Below, piece by piece: positions 33,401 through 42,601 of a stretch of DNA of 64,000 nucleotides (position 1 is the stretch's first letter; the number at the start of each line of letters is the position of its first letter). Position numbers and translations under genes: made by a program. Source of the DNA: an uncultured Candidatus Saccharibacteria bacterium (GTDB lineage: Bacteria > Patescibacteriota > Saccharimonadia > Saccharimonadales > Saccharimonadaceae); contig CAMKOB010000002.1 in assembly GCA_946414345.1 (NCBI GenBank), forward strand, positions 6,540 to 70,539, given 5' to 3'. The notes beneath the pieces are model-generated. The model saw only the letters and a program-made list of their open reading frames with translations. It searched no databases and had not been told where the DNA came from.

Positions 33401-33874
33401 GGGGAAATGGAGGTCTGGGCACTCGAAGCTTATGGTGCAGCTACTACATTGCAGGAAATGTTGACTATTAAGTCAGATGACGTTTACGGTCGTGCAAAAG
33501 CTTACGAGGCAATCATTAAGCATGAACCAATTGAAGGTCCGAAGCTTCCAGAAGGTTTCAACGTGCTTGTGAAAGAGCTTCAAGGTTTAGGCCTTAAAGT
33601 TGACTTACTGGATCACGGTGAGTCTGCAGATGCAGGTGATGTAATCGAAAAGACCTCACGTGAAATTGAAAAAGACAAAGATGATGCTGCTATTTATGAT
33701 CAGCACAAAAAAGATACAAAGCCAGAAATTCTCGACCTCGATGATGAAGAGGCTGAAGCAATGATGGCGGAAGAAGGTATCGAAATAACAGAGGCAGACG
33801 ATCTGGAAGATGACTCGGATGTGGGGGTTGAAGAGTTAGACGAAGGTATTGTTGACCTCGGAGAGGAGTTCTAA
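30458..33874 (+). CDS. rpoB: DNA-directed RNA polymerase beta subunit
   Basis: Conserved blocks GRFKINRRL, SQLSQLMDEVNP, RRLSSMGPGGL, GRHGNKGVVSRV, GGQRFGEMEVWALEAYGA. ATG 30458 is preferred (AGAGG Shine-Dalgarno) over the TTG at 30389. Acidic C-terminal tail. Confidence 0.97.
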   Translation: MATTKKVGERVFFTEGDQALPIPDLIAHQKDSWDDFVKNGLREVFAELNPIDDYTGQKLSLRFKDYYFKEPKETEQVAKYNLATYEAPLHVLVELENKVTGEKKEQDIYFGDYPWMTERATFVINGTERVIVSQLIRSAGVFFNAETIGVRRYYGAKIIPGRGAWLEFETAVNGSINVKIDRRRKLPITTFLRALGMSKSDIKKSFEKVDVGDTKYIDVTLEKDTTSSQGEALLEVYRRIRPGDLATVENAKSMIERMFFDPKRYDYSEVGRFKINRRLKLDAPNKPQYRTLQMADVVAIISEIIRLNNTQDAPDDIDSLSNRRVKLVGELVQRQFRLGMLRLQRNILDRMSMANPADVTPSQLLNARPVVAAVKEFFSTSQLSQLMDEVNPFSELAHKRRLSSMGPGGLTRERAGFDVRDAHPTHYGRICTVETPEGGNVGLVLNFATYARINKYGFIEAPYRVVKNGKVTDEIVYVDAETENDMIIADASVKLDKNGKFVEDWVSARVHGAPAHVEAKRVTHIDAAHKEILGVSASLIPFVEKNRVDRSLMACAMQKQAVPLLRQDNPIVGTGIEGEVARNTSQLITAEGAGVVKKADGVSVIVTYDKGGDKEYKLQHFEKTNDDRCYNQRCVVARGQKVKKGDILIEGASIHNGELALGRDLLVAFMPWRGYNMDDAIVISNRLVEDDTLTSINIKDFDVEVRETKLGPEQVTRDIPNVSEHSLRHLGEDGIVTVGAEVKNGDILVGKITPKGEQELSSEERLLRAIFGEKAKDVRDTSIRMNGSSTGKVVDVRIYTREQGHELKAGVIMQIKIFVAEMRKIGVGDKLAGRHGNKGVVSRVLPVEDMPFMADGTPIDIVLSPMGVPSRMNLGQLFETHLGMAARALGYTVATPSFNGVPDEIISDELEKAGYARDGRIQLFDGLTGEPFNERTSVGVMHMLKLHHMVEDKIHARSTGPYTMVTQQPLGGKAQNGGQRFGEMEVWALEAYGAATTLQEMLTIKSDDVYGRAKAYEAIIKHEPIEGPKLPEGFNVLVKELQGLGLKVDLLDHGESADAGDVIEKTSREIEKDKDDAAIYDQHKKDTKPEILDLDDEEAEAMMAEEGIEITEADDLEDDSDVGVEELDEGIVDLGEEF

Positions 33875-33875
33875 T

Positions 33876-36800
33876 ATGGCGTGGATGGATAATTTTATTA
33901 GCGCTTCAGATTTCGACTCAATTCGTTTGTCAGTAGCAAGTCGTGATGACATTTTGAATTGGAGCTACGGTGAAGTAACTAAGCCAGAAACGATTAATTA
34001 TCGGACTCAAAAGCCAGAGCGGGATGGTTTGTTCTGCGAAAGGATTTTTGGTCCAACTAAGGATATTAATCCACATGATTCTAAAATTAAAGGTGTAAGG
34101 AGTCGTGAGGCGGCGGTAGATAAGGAAGGTAATCTTGTCACTAAATCTATTACTCGTCGTGAGCGTATGGGGCATATCGCTCTTGCGGCGCCAGTGGCAC
34201 ATATTTGGTTCATGCGTGGGATACCTTCGGCCTTAAGCTTGTTGCTTGATATGACTGTCAAAAATATTGAAAAGGTTGTATATTTTGCAACATATTTAAT
34301 GACAGATGTCAAGTCAGATGAGGTAACGAGAATTCTTGGTGAGCTAGAAAATACTACAGTTGCGGCACGTGAAGCGATTACTTTGTGCTATAAGAAAGAA
34401 AAAGAAGCTAAAGACGCGAATGTTAAAGCACTTGAAGATGCCGAGGAAAAAGAGCTAGCTGATCTCGAAAACGATTACAAATATCGTAAAGGTTTACTTG
34501 AATCATTTAAAAAAGGTAACGTGATTACTGAAGTGGACTATCGTAATCTTCCTGAAGAATATGAAGATTTGATAACAGTTGAAATGGGTGCAACTGCCAT
34601 CAAGAAAATGCTTGATGAGATTGATCTCGACAAGTTAATTGAAGATTTGCGTGCCGAGGAAGAAGAAGCTAAGGGTCAGAAAGAGAAGAAGATTCAAAAA
34701 CGCTTGAAGACTCTTGAGGGCATGCAAGCTGCTGGAATTCGACCAGAAGATTTGGTTTTGACTGTGATTCCGGTCATTCCACCGGATCTTCGTCCGATGA
34801 TTGCTCTTCCTGGTGGACGTTTTGCTACTTCTGATTTGAACGATTTGTATCGTCGGGTGATTAACCGTAATAATCGTTTGAAGAAGTTGATTGATTTGAA
34901 CGCTCCGGAAGTGATTTGCCGCAACGAAATGAGAATGTTACAGGAAGCTGTTGATGCTTTGATTGATAATTCGGCAGCTCATGGTAGTCGTGGTGCAAGC
35001 TCTTCAAACGGTCGCCGTAAGCTTAAATCACTTTCCGATTTGCTTAAAGGTAAGCAGGGGCGTTTCCGCCAAAATCTTCTTGGTAAACGCGTTGATTATT
35101 CAGGCCGTTCGGTAATTGTGGTAGGCCCAGAACTTACTCTTAACGAGTGTGGTTTGCCAAAACAAATGGCGCTAGAATTGTTTAAGCCATTCGTGATTTC
35201 ATGGTTGATTAGTCACGAATACGCAACTAATATTCGTTCTGCTTCTAGGTTAATCGAAGCAAAAGAAACTGTAGTTTGGGATGCTCTTGATGAAGTAATT
35301 CAAGGTAAGTATGTACTATTAAACCGTGCTCCATCTTTGCACCGTTTGTCTGTGCAGGCATTCCAGCCAAGATTGATTGAGGGCAAAGCTATCAAACTTC
35401 ATCCATTGGTAGCATCAGGTTTTAACGCCGACTATGATGGTGATCAGATGGCAGTACATCTACCGCTTTCTGATGCAGCACAAAAAGAAGCAAAAGAGTT
35501 GATGTCTGCTTCAAAGAATTTGCTGAAGCCGGCAGATGGTGCTCCAGTGTTAGCTATTTACCAGGATGTGGTGCTTGGGGCCTATTATCTTACTTATGAT
35601 AAGCCTGGTACCGATACTGGTAAGCCAAAAGCTTTTTCGTCGGTTTATGAAGCTGAAATGGCTTACGATCAGGGAATCATTAGACTTCAAACTCCAATTC
35701 GTGTGTTTGCGAAGAAAGAAATTCGCAATACTACACTTGGTCGCGTAATCTTCAACGAGATTTTACCAAAAGATTATCCTTACGATAACTCGGTGCAAAC
35801 AAAAAAGAATCTGTCTAAGGTGATGGCCAATATCTTCGACCTTTATGGTGCAGAGGTGATGGTTAAAACTGCAGATGCTTTGAAGGATCTTGCATTTGAA
35901 TATGAAACGATCGCTTCAATTTCTACAGCGAAGGATGATTATCCAACCTATGATGAGATTGATGACTTTATCGCAGAAGGTGATGCAAAGACTGCTCTTA
36001 TTCAGGAACAGTATAATGACGGTCTCGTGACAGATGAGGAACGTTATAAATTAACGATTGCCAACTGGCGAGATATCGATAAGAAAATTTCTGAATTCTT
36101 ACAAGACAAACTTGCTGAAATGGATACCGATATTGCGGTGATGGTGAACTCTGGCGCCCGTGGTAATATTTCCAACATCAAACTTGCTTCGGCGGAGATT
36201 GGTATCATGGTGGATATTAACAACAATGAGATCGAGCTCCCTGTTAAATCTTCTTATAAGAAAGGTCTTAACACGCTTGAATCATTCATTGCGACGCGAG
36301 GTGCTCGTCAAGGTCAGGTGTCTACGGCTTTACGTACTGCTGACTCTGGTTATCTGACTCGTCGTCTCGTGGACGTATCACAAGACGTCTTTACGACTGA
36401 TGAAGAAGCTGAAGACCCTGGATTCGATGTCTACAAGAATGAAAGCGAATTATCTGGTATTAACTTCGTAGCTCGTATCGCTGGTCGTTATACGGCTGAT
36501 GCAGTGCCGGGCTATTTGGAGGCTGACCAGCTAATTACCAAAGAGGTTGCGGAGCAAATTGATGCTGATCCGGCAATTGAGTCAGTAAAAATTCAATCTG
36601 TGCTTACTACTACTGCTACTGAGGGTGTACCACGTAAGGCTTATGGTGTGGATATGTCCACGCGTGAGCTTGTAGCAGCCAACGAGCCTGTAGGCGTGAT
36701 TGCTGCACAATCTCTCGGTGAGCCTGGTACGCAGCTAACGCTTGATACTAAGCATGGTTCTGGTGTAGCAGGTTCTGGTGCTATCGCGCGAGGTCTTCCT

Positions 36801-37709
36801 CGTGTAGAGGAGCTTCTTGAGGCTCGCACACCGAAAGGTCAGGCATATGTTTCACCAATCGATGGCGTTGTAGAAGTTTGGGAAGATGGCAATCATTATG
36901 TCGTGCAAATCTCTTCACAAGCTGGTGGTTCGGAAAAGTTTAAGCTTGATGGCCGTAAGCCTGCAGTGAAGGATGGTGCAAGCGTAAAAGCTGGTGATAT
37001 ACTAGCTCGAAAGTCTGGTGACAAGCCAACCATTAAAGCCCCGTATGATGGTGTAGTTGAACTCGTCAAAGATGCTGTCATACTCGTTGAATCGACTGGT
37101 GCAACTTCTAGGATTGAAATTCCTGGTGACGCTGAGCTTGTTGTGAAATCTAATGACTCAGTTAAAGCTGGTGATAGACTCACGACTGGTTCTTTGAATT
37201 TGCAAGATTTGATGAAATATAAAGGCATTGAAGAAACTGAGCGATATATTATGAACGAAGTTCTAGCAGTGTATTCAGCTCAAGGTCATGAGATTTCACC
37301 AAAGCATTTGGAAATTCTAGTTCGCCAAATGTTCTCTAGGGTACGAATTGAAGAACCTGGTGATTCAGAATTTGTTTCTGGCGATATAACTTCTAAGGCA
37401 TCGGTGGCAAACGCAAATCGTGAGCTCGAGGCAGAAGGTAAAGCTCCAGCAACCTATACGCAATTGTTGCTTGGTATTACCAAAGTTTCTATCTTCTCTG
37501 ATTCGTTCTTGTCAGCGGCATCGTTCCAGGATACGACTCGCGTGCTTATTAATGCTGCAATTAATGGCCGCGTAGATCGTTTGAGGGGTTTGAAGGAAAA
37601 CGTGATTATCGGTCGCAAGATTCCAGTAGGAACTGGTGTGACACCAATTGAGTCGCTAGAAACTCCTGAGGGCCATACGCCAACAGAACAAGATTTAGAA
37701 AACTTGTAA
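33876..37709 (+). CDS. rpoC: DNA-directed RNA polymerase beta' subunit
   Basis: NADYDGDQMAVH catalytic motif, RRVINRNNRLKKL, GKRVDYSGRSVIVVGP. The ATG at 33876 follows GGAGAGGAG and the rpoB stop. Confidence 0.97.
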   Translation: MAWMDNFISASDFDSIRLSVASRDDILNWSYGEVTKPETINYRTQKPERDGLFCERIFGPTKDINPHDSKIKGVRSREAAVDKEGNLVTKSITRRERMGHIALAAPVAHIWFMRGIPSALSLLLDMTVKNIEKVVYFATYLMTDVKSDEVTRILGELENTTVAAREAITLCYKKEKEAKDANVKALEDAEEKELADLENDYKYRKGLLESFKKGNVITEVDYRNLPEEYEDLITVEMGATAIKKMLDEIDLDKLIEDLRAEEEEAKGQKEKKIQKRLKTLEGMQAAGIRPEDLVLTVIPVIPPDLRPMIALPGGRFATSDLNDLYRRVINRNNRLKKLIDLNAPEVICRNEMRMLQEAVDALIDNSAAHGSRGASSSNGRRKLKSLSDLLKGKQGRFRQNLLGKRVDYSGRSVIVVGPELTLNECGLPKQMALELFKPFVISWLISHEYATNIRSASRLIEAKETVVWDALDEVIQGKYVLLNRAPSLHRLSVQAFQPRLIEGKAIKLHPLVASGFNADYDGDQMAVHLPLSDAAQKEAKELMSASKNLLKPADGAPVLAIYQDVVLGAYYLTYDKPGTDTGKPKAFSSVYEAEMAYDQGIIRLQTPIRVFAKKEIRNTTLGRVIFNEILPKDYPYDNSVQTKKNLSKVMANIFDLYGAEVMVKTADALKDLAFEYETIASISTAKDDYPTYDEIDDFIAEGDAKTALIQEQYNDGLVTDEERYKLTIANWRDIDKKISEFLQDKLAEMDTDIAVMVNSGARGNISNIKLASAEIGIMVDINNNEIELPVKSSYKKGLNTLESFIATRGARQGQVSTALRTADSGYLTRRLVDVSQDVFTTDEEAEDPGFDVYKNESELSGINFVARIAGRYTADAVPGYLEADQLITKEVAEQIDADPAIESVKIQSVLTTTATEGVPRKAYGVDMSTRELVAANEPVGVIAAQSLGEPGTQLTLDTKHGSGVAGSGAIARGLPRVEELLEARTPKGQAYVSPIDGVVEVWEDGNHYVVQISSQAGGSEKFKLDGRKPAVKDGASVKAGDILARKSGDKPTIKAPYDGVVELVKDAVILVESTGATSRIEIPGDAELVVKSNDSVKAGDRLTTGSLNLQDLMKYKGIEETERYIMNEVLAVYSAQGHEISPKHLEILVRQMFSRVRIEEPGDSEFVSGDITSKASVANANRELEAEGKAPATYTQLLLGITKVSIFSDSFLSAASFQDTTRVLINAAINGRVDRLRGLKENVIIGRKIPVGTGVTPIESLETPEGHTPTEQDLENL

Positions 37710-37719
37710 TAATTCTGGC

Positions 37720-37749
37720 AAAAAACAACCACATATGTGGTTGTTTTTT
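37720..37749 (+). terminator. Rho-independent terminator after rpoC
   Basis: Perfect palindrome ACAACCACAT/ATGTGGTTGT flanked by an A-run and TTTTTT. Confidence 0.75.
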
Positions 37750-37795
37750 GTTAGGATGTGTGATATATTTGTATGTAGACAGATTGAGAGGTTTT

Positions 37796-39223
37796 ATGCA
37801 TTTTACGACGATTTTCAAATCCCTAAAAAATAAAGATATGCTAAAAAGAGTGCTAATTATTTTTGGTATTTTGGTTGCTTATAGACTGTTGGCACAGATT
37901 CCGGTTCCAATGGGTGATGCTGCGACTTTTAAGGAAGCAGTTTCTAATTTGATGCAGAAGTCCGACTTTTCAAATTTTTTGAATCTAATTTCTGGTGGTG
38001 GCCTGGCGTCATTTAGCATTATCCTGGTTGGTCTTTCGCCATATATTACCGGTTCAATTGTAATTCAGCTACTTACAAAGGCAATACCTCGTTTAGAAGA
38101 ATTATCTAACGATGGTGAGACTGGTCGTCGTAAGATTAACCAGTGGACGAGAATGCTCACTGTGCCTCTTGCGATCGTTCAATCGATTGCTTATATTTTC
38201 ATACTTTATCAAACAACAATTTCGGCAAATCTTTCGGCGGATTTCGTGCCGACAACTGGCGACTGGATTCTATCAGTTGTAGCGATGACTGCAGGTTCGG
38301 TGATTTTGATGTGGATGGGTGAACTTATCACTGAACAGGGTATTGGTAACGGTATTTCAATGATTATCTTTGCTTCTATCATTTCACAAATGCCAACGAC
38401 GTTTGCATCGCTTGGTTCTATGCTTGCTGACACCGAGACTTATGGCAAATTGAATTTGTTCGGTACGGAATTTCCAGTTAATGGTGTAGCTTTTTGGATT
38501 GTGTTAGGATTCATTATTGCATTGATTGTGGTGATTTATATATTGGTAAAGCTAAATGAAGCGCAGAGAATTATAACGATTAATTATGCGAAGCGTGTAC
38601 ACGGTAATTCGTCTTATGGTGGGATTCGTTCTATTCTACCAATTAAGCTTATCGCAGCTGGTGTAATTCCTGTAATTTTTGCGACCGCCTTTCTGTCGTT
38701 GCCAGCCCTGGTTGGTCAGGTAATTACATCGATTGATTCTGACAATGAAATTGGTGCAAAGCTCGTTTCGATCTTTTCGGCGCCAAGTGCTTCGAATTTT
38801 TCCACTCAGTATCCTGATGGATTAACGGCACAGTGGTTTATTTACCCTGCTGTGTATTTTGTGTTAGTATTTGCGTTTACTTATTTCTATACTTCTATAA
38901 TATTTAATACTAAAGAAATTGCAGATAATTTGCAGAAACAAGGTGCGTTTATTGAAGGTGTTCGTCCTGGCATTAAGACGGCGGAATACTTGGGTAAAGT
39001 CGTAAATCGCCTTGATCTATTTGGTGCTTTGGCTCTTGGTCTAATTGCTATGCTTCCTTTCGTAACGGATTTTGTGTTCATAATGGCGATTGGTTATCCG
39101 GTGGGGCTTTCAATCTCTGGTACTGGACTTCTTATCGTAGTGACGGTGGCGTTGGAGAATCTAAGGTCGGTGGATTCTAGAGCTCTAATGATAACTTACG
39201 ATGATTTCAAAAATGAGTCTTAA
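37796..39223 (+). CDS. secY: Preprotein translocase subunit SecY
   Basis: ~10 TM helices with GISMIIFASI and typical N-terminal LKRVLIIFGILVAYRLLAQIPVP. ATG 37796 follows a GAGAGG Shine-Dalgarno. Confidence 0.95.
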   Translation: MHFTTIFKSLKNKDMLKRVLIIFGILVAYRLLAQIPVPMGDAATFKEAVSNLMQKSDFSNFLNLISGGGLASFSIILVGLSPYITGSIVIQLLTKAIPRLEELSNDGETGRRKINQWTRMLTVPLAIVQSIAYIFILYQTTISANLSADFVPTTGDWILSVVAMTAGSVILMWMGELITEQGIGNGISMIIFASIISQMPTTFASLGSMLADTETYGKLNLFGTEFPVNGVAFWIVLGFIIALIVVIYILVKLNEAQRIITINYAKRVHGNSSYGGIRSILPIKLIAAGVIPVIFATAFLSLPALVGQVITSIDSDNEIGAKLVSIFSAPSASNFSTQYPDGLTAQWFIYPAVYFVLVFAFTYFYTSIIFNTKEIADNLQKQGAFIEGVRPGIKTAEYLGKVVNRLDLFGALALGLIAMLPFVTDFVFIMAIGYPVGLSISGTGLLIVVTVALENLRSVDSRALMITYDDFKNES

Positions 39224-39911
39224 ATTGGGTGTGAGCTGGAAAAGAGTAATTCAATGGGTGGCAATAACCGCTGTAGTGGTGTTTGTCGGTGCTTGTTTTA
39301 TTAGATTAATGGTTTGGGAAGATAATTATTATCGCGAAATGGAGGGGAGTGAGCGAGACGTTATTGCAAAAGAGGCGGTAGTTGAAAAAGAAATAGAACC
39401 TTTGATTGAGGAAGAGCCTACTGAACAAGAAATCTATGAATATTGGGTGGCTCCAGATAGGCCTAGGTATCTTTCAATTGCAAAGTTAAACATTTATAAC
39501 AGACGCATTATTCCCGTAGGAATTAATCCTACTGGTGAGTTGGCTACGCCTAATAATATATTTGATGTTGGCTGGTATGAATCTTCTGGAAAACCAGGAG
39601 CTGGTGGGACAATGTTGATTGACGGGCATAATGGTGGTCCGAATGTTTATGGAGTATTTAAATTTTTGCCTGATCTTCAAATTGGCGATTTTATTACTAT
39701 AGAACGCGGAGATGGTTTGCTGTTTCAGTATAAAATTGTTGAAAATAAGGCAGTACTATTAGATGAGGCTGACAAATATATGGCTACAGCTTTACGCTCT
39801 CCGGAACCTGGTCGCGAATCTTTGACATTGATTACTTGTACTGGCGAGTGGTCGGATCTTAGATACACATATTTATCTAGGCAATTTACTAGAGCAGTAC
39901 TTGTTGAATAA
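39201..39911 (+). CDS. Sortase-family transpeptidase (class F-like by motif pattern)
   Basis: N-terminal TM anchor. Catalytic His in TMLIDGHNGG, Cys in LTLITCTGEW, and a downstream Arg (SRQFTRAVLVE). If ATG 39201 is used, the ORF overlaps the last 23 nt of secY (alternative start ATG 39213). Confidence 0.85.
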   Translation: MISKMSLKLGVSWKRVIQWVAITAVVVFVGACFIRLMVWEDNYYREMEGSERDVIAKEAVVEKEIEPLIEEEPTEQEIYEYWVAPDRPRYLSIAKLNIYNRRIIPVGINPTGELATPNNIFDVGWYESSGKPGAGGTMLIDGHNGGPNVYGVFKFLPDLQIGDFITIERGDGLLFQYKIVENKAVLLDEADKYMATALRSPEPGRESLTLITCTGEWSDLRYTYLSRQFTRAVLVE

Positions 39912-39965
39912 TGAATTAACCCCCGATTGCTCGGGGGTTGTTTGATAAAGGTGGGGAGTGTTGGC

Positions 39966-40589
39966 TTATTTAAGTTCCACATTATGATATTTTGCCATCA
40001 TTTTGACGGTTCTTTTGAGCATTGTTCGTACTGTATGAAGCATGTCCGATAATTCGGGGTATTCGTACTTTGCCTCTTTTAGAGTTGGCATCAATAGTTC
40101 ATGCGTTTCGATAATGTTTTTGACAATTGCTTCTTCTGACAAGGCGCCATCGGCGTCATTTAAATTGGCATAGCGGTCAAATGCTTTGCAAATGATGGCT
40201 TCTTTTGAATCTAAAAGTTCATGGAAGTACCGTCTTTTCGTTTCAATTTTTTCTTCGCCATGAAAAGGGCGGATTGTCATCATTTTGACGCCATGACGCA
40301 CGACTTCATTGACCGGTAAAGCGGATAACGGAATATTGCAGTCTTCGCAAACGTCGTGGAGTAAGATTGTTGCAATTATTTCGTCGGTTGCACCTTTGCA
40401 AGCGATGGCGTCGCACGCCATAGCTAGCGGATGCACTATGTATGGTGCACCGTTTTTACGTGTCTGTCCTGCGTGTGCTTTCCAAGCGAAGGCTAATGCG
40501 GTTTGCGACTGTTCAAATCCCGGGCCATCTAATCTGCCGCGGAGGTATGTGAACATTTTTTCTACGTTTGGCTCGTATGCATTTGTCAC
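39966..40589 (-). CDS. HD-domain protein of the RelA/SpoT hydrolase type (small alarmone hydrolase-like)
   Basis: APYIVHPLAMACDAIACKGATDEIIATILLHDVCED matches the (p)ppGpp-hydrolase HD-domain pattern. 207 aa with no synthetase domain. Confidence 0.75.
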   Translation of the reverse strand: MTNAYEPNVEKMFTYLRGRLDGPGFEQSQTALAFAWKAHAGQTRKNGAPYIVHPLAMACDAIACKGATDEIIATILLHDVCEDCNIPLSALPVNEVVRHGVKMMTIRPFHGEEKIETKRRYFHELLDSKEAIICKAFDRYANLNDADGALSEEAIVKNIIETHELLMPTLKEAKYEYPELSDMLHTVRTMLKRTVKMMAKYHNVELK

Positions 40590-40711
40590 TCAAATTACCA
40601 CCTTTTTAACGTTCTCCCCACCTTTATGTATTTATACCATAAATATGTTGTTTTTGCAAATATAGAAATAAAAAAATGTAAGAAAAATCTATTGTAAATG
40701 TGCTTTAAATG

Positions 40712-40720
40712 TGCTATAAT
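40712..40720 (+). promoter_or_regulatory. Extended -10 (TGCTATAAT) of the infA-alpha operon
   Basis: 13 nt upstream of the infA ATG, with no Shine-Dalgarno in between. Confidence 0.5.
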
Positions 40721-40733
40721 GAAATGGTAATTT

Positions 40734-40958
40734 ATGGCTAGTCAAAAGGAAGTGATTAAGCTCACAGGCACTGTTGTTGAAGCATTGCCGAATACCCAGT
40801 TTCGGGTTGAACTCGAGAATGGTCATGTTATTGTTGCCCATATGAGTGGGAAGATGCGAAAAAACTATATTCGTCTCGTCCCGGGTGACAGAGTAGAGGT
40901 TGAGTTAACCCCTTACGATCTTACAAAGGGTAGAATCAGCTTCCGACTCAAAGATTAA
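40734..40958 (+). CDS. infA: Translation initiation factor IF-1
   Basis: 74 aa, S1-like: [65 protein letters not shown]. Confidence 0.97.
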   Translation: MASQKEVIKLTGTVVEALPNTQFRVELENGHVIVAHMSGKMRKNYIRLVPGDRVEVELTPYDLTKGRISFRLKD

Positions 40959-41014
40959 TATTAACGTGTTGTATTTTTTTACAACACACTAACAGGAAAG
41001 GGTATTTTGACACT

Positions 41015-41131
41015 ATGAAAGTACGTGCAAGTGTTAAAAAAATCTCGCCTGATGACATCATAGTTCGCCGGAAGGGTGTACTAAGAGTCATCAACAAGAA
41101 AAAACCTAAGAATAAGCAAAGGCAGGGTTAA
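41015..41131 (+). CDS. rpmJ: 50S ribosomal protein L36 (bL36)
   Basis: Own translation: [38 protein letters not shown] (38 aa). Canonical position between infA and rpsM. Confidence 0.9.
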   Translation: MKVRASVKKISPDDIIVRRKGVLRVINKKKPKNKQRQG

Positions 41132-41133
41132 AA

Positions 41134-41520
41134 ATGGCTAGAATTGCTAGCGTTGTGATACCTTCCGAAAAACAAGTGTGGATTGCCCTCACTTATGTTT
41201 ATGGTATTGGTCGCACAACAAGTAAAAAAATCCTTGCGGAGGCTAAAATCGAGCCTACCACTCGGGTGAAAGATCTCACCGAGGCTGAAGAACAAAAAAT
41301 CAACGACATTATTTCCGCGAAATATCATGTTGAAGGTGATTTGAGGCGCCTCGTGAGCAATAATATTAAACGCTTAAAGGATATCAATTCATATAAAGGT
41401 ATCCGCCACAAGGCTAAATTACCAGTCAACGGCCAACGTACTCGTACGAATGCACGTACTCGTAAGGGTAAGGCGATCGCGGTCGGTGGTACACAACCAA
41501 AAGCAGCAAGTAAAACATAG
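41134..41520 (+). CDS. rpsM: 30S ribosomal protein S13 (uS13)
   Basis: [34 protein letters not shown] and [26 protein letters not shown]. Confidence 0.97.
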   Translation: MARIASVVIPSEKQVWIALTYVYGIGRTTSKKILAEAKIEPTTRVKDLTEAEEQKINDIISAKYHVEGDLRRLVSNNIKRLKDINSYKGIRHKAKLPVNGQRTRTNARTRKGKAIAVGGTQPKAASKT

Positions 41521-41529
41521 GAGTAAAAT

Positions 41530-41973
41530 ATGGCAGAAGAAGAAGTTAAAACTACTACTGCAGCTGAAACTACTGTTGAAGCATCCGCTCCAAAAGCTAA
41601 AGCTGCGAAAAAAGGTAAAAGAATTGTCAATGCTGGTCAAGTACACATTCAAGCAACCTTTAACAACACAATTATTAGTGTCACCGATAAAACCGGTGCA
41701 GTATTATCTGCTTCGTCCGCTGGAGCTAATGGTTTCCGTGGTTCGAAGAAGGGTACAGCGTTTGCGGCAGGTGTAGCGGCTGAAAAAGCTTTAGACTATG
41801 CTAAGAAAAATCACGCATTAAACTCTGTAGATGTGTTTGTGTCTGGCATTGGTTTAGGCCGTGATGCCGCGGTTCGTGCAGTTTCTACTGTTGGCATTAA
41901 GATTGATTCAATAACAGATGTAACCCCGATTGCGCATGGTGGTGTGCGTCCTAAGGGAGAAAGGAAACCATAA
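41530..41973 (+). CDS. rpsK: 30S ribosomal protein S11 (uS11) with a short N-terminal extension
   Basis: GQVHIQATFNNTIISVTDKTGAVLSASSAG...GFRGSKKGTAFAA...PIAHGGVRPKGERKP. Confidence 0.97.
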   Translation: MAEEEVKTTTAAETTVEASAPKAKAAKKGKRIVNAGQVHIQATFNNTIISVTDKTGAVLSASSAGANGFRGSKKGTAFAAGVAAEKALDYAKKNHALNSVDVFVSGIGLGRDAAVRAVSTVGIKIDSITDVTPIAHGGVRPKGERKP

Positions 41974-42590
41974 TGGCACGCGATAATTCTCCAGTTGGTA
42001 AGCAAAGCCGACGTGAAGGTTTTGCGCTTGCGCCAAAAGCGCATAAAATAATGGCCAAGAAATCTGGAATTCCAGGTGAGCACGGCGATATGCGTGCGAG
42101 GGGTGGTAGCCTATATTTGACTCAGCTTCGTGAGAAGCAGAAAGTTCGCCGAATGTATGGTTTGCTTGAAAAGCAATTTGCTAAGCTTATGCGTGAGGCT
42201 GTTAAAGCTGAGGGCTTGACTGGCGAAAAATTGCTCGAATTTCTTGAGAGAAGGGCTGATAACGTAGTATTTCGTGCTGGCTTTGCGACGACCCGTCGTC
42301 AAGCTAGACAGCTTGTTTCTCATGGACATTTCACTTTGAACGGTAAACGAATTGATGTACCTTCGATTCGTTTGAATCCAGGTGATGTGTTGGAAGTTCG
42401 CGCAAAATCCCAAAAGACTGAATATTTCAAGAATCTTCCTAACATCATGGGTGCGGCAGGAGCTACTCCTTTGTCATGGCTTAAAGCTGATGGCAAAAAA
42501 ATGAAAATTGAAATTACTGGTTTGCCAAAGCGCGAAGAAGCTGAGGCTGGTATAAATGAACAATTAATCGTTGAGTACTACTCACGTTAA
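41973..42590 (+). CDS. rpsD: 30S ribosomal protein S4 (uS4)
   Basis: YLTQLREKQKVRRMYGLLEKQF and S4 domain RADNVVFRAGFATTRRQARQLVSHGHFTLNGKRIDVPS. Confidence 0.97.
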   Translation: MARDNSPVGKQSRREGFALAPKAHKIMAKKSGIPGEHGDMRARGGSLYLTQLREKQKVRRMYGLLEKQFAKLMREAVKAEGLTGEKLLEFLERRADNVVFRAGFATTRRQARQLVSHGHFTLNGKRIDVPSIRLNPGDVLEVRAKSQKTEYFKNLPNIMGAAGATPLSWLKADGKKMKIEITGLPKREEAEAGINEQLIVEYYSR

Positions 42591-42601
42591 GGAGGATATA
42601 A

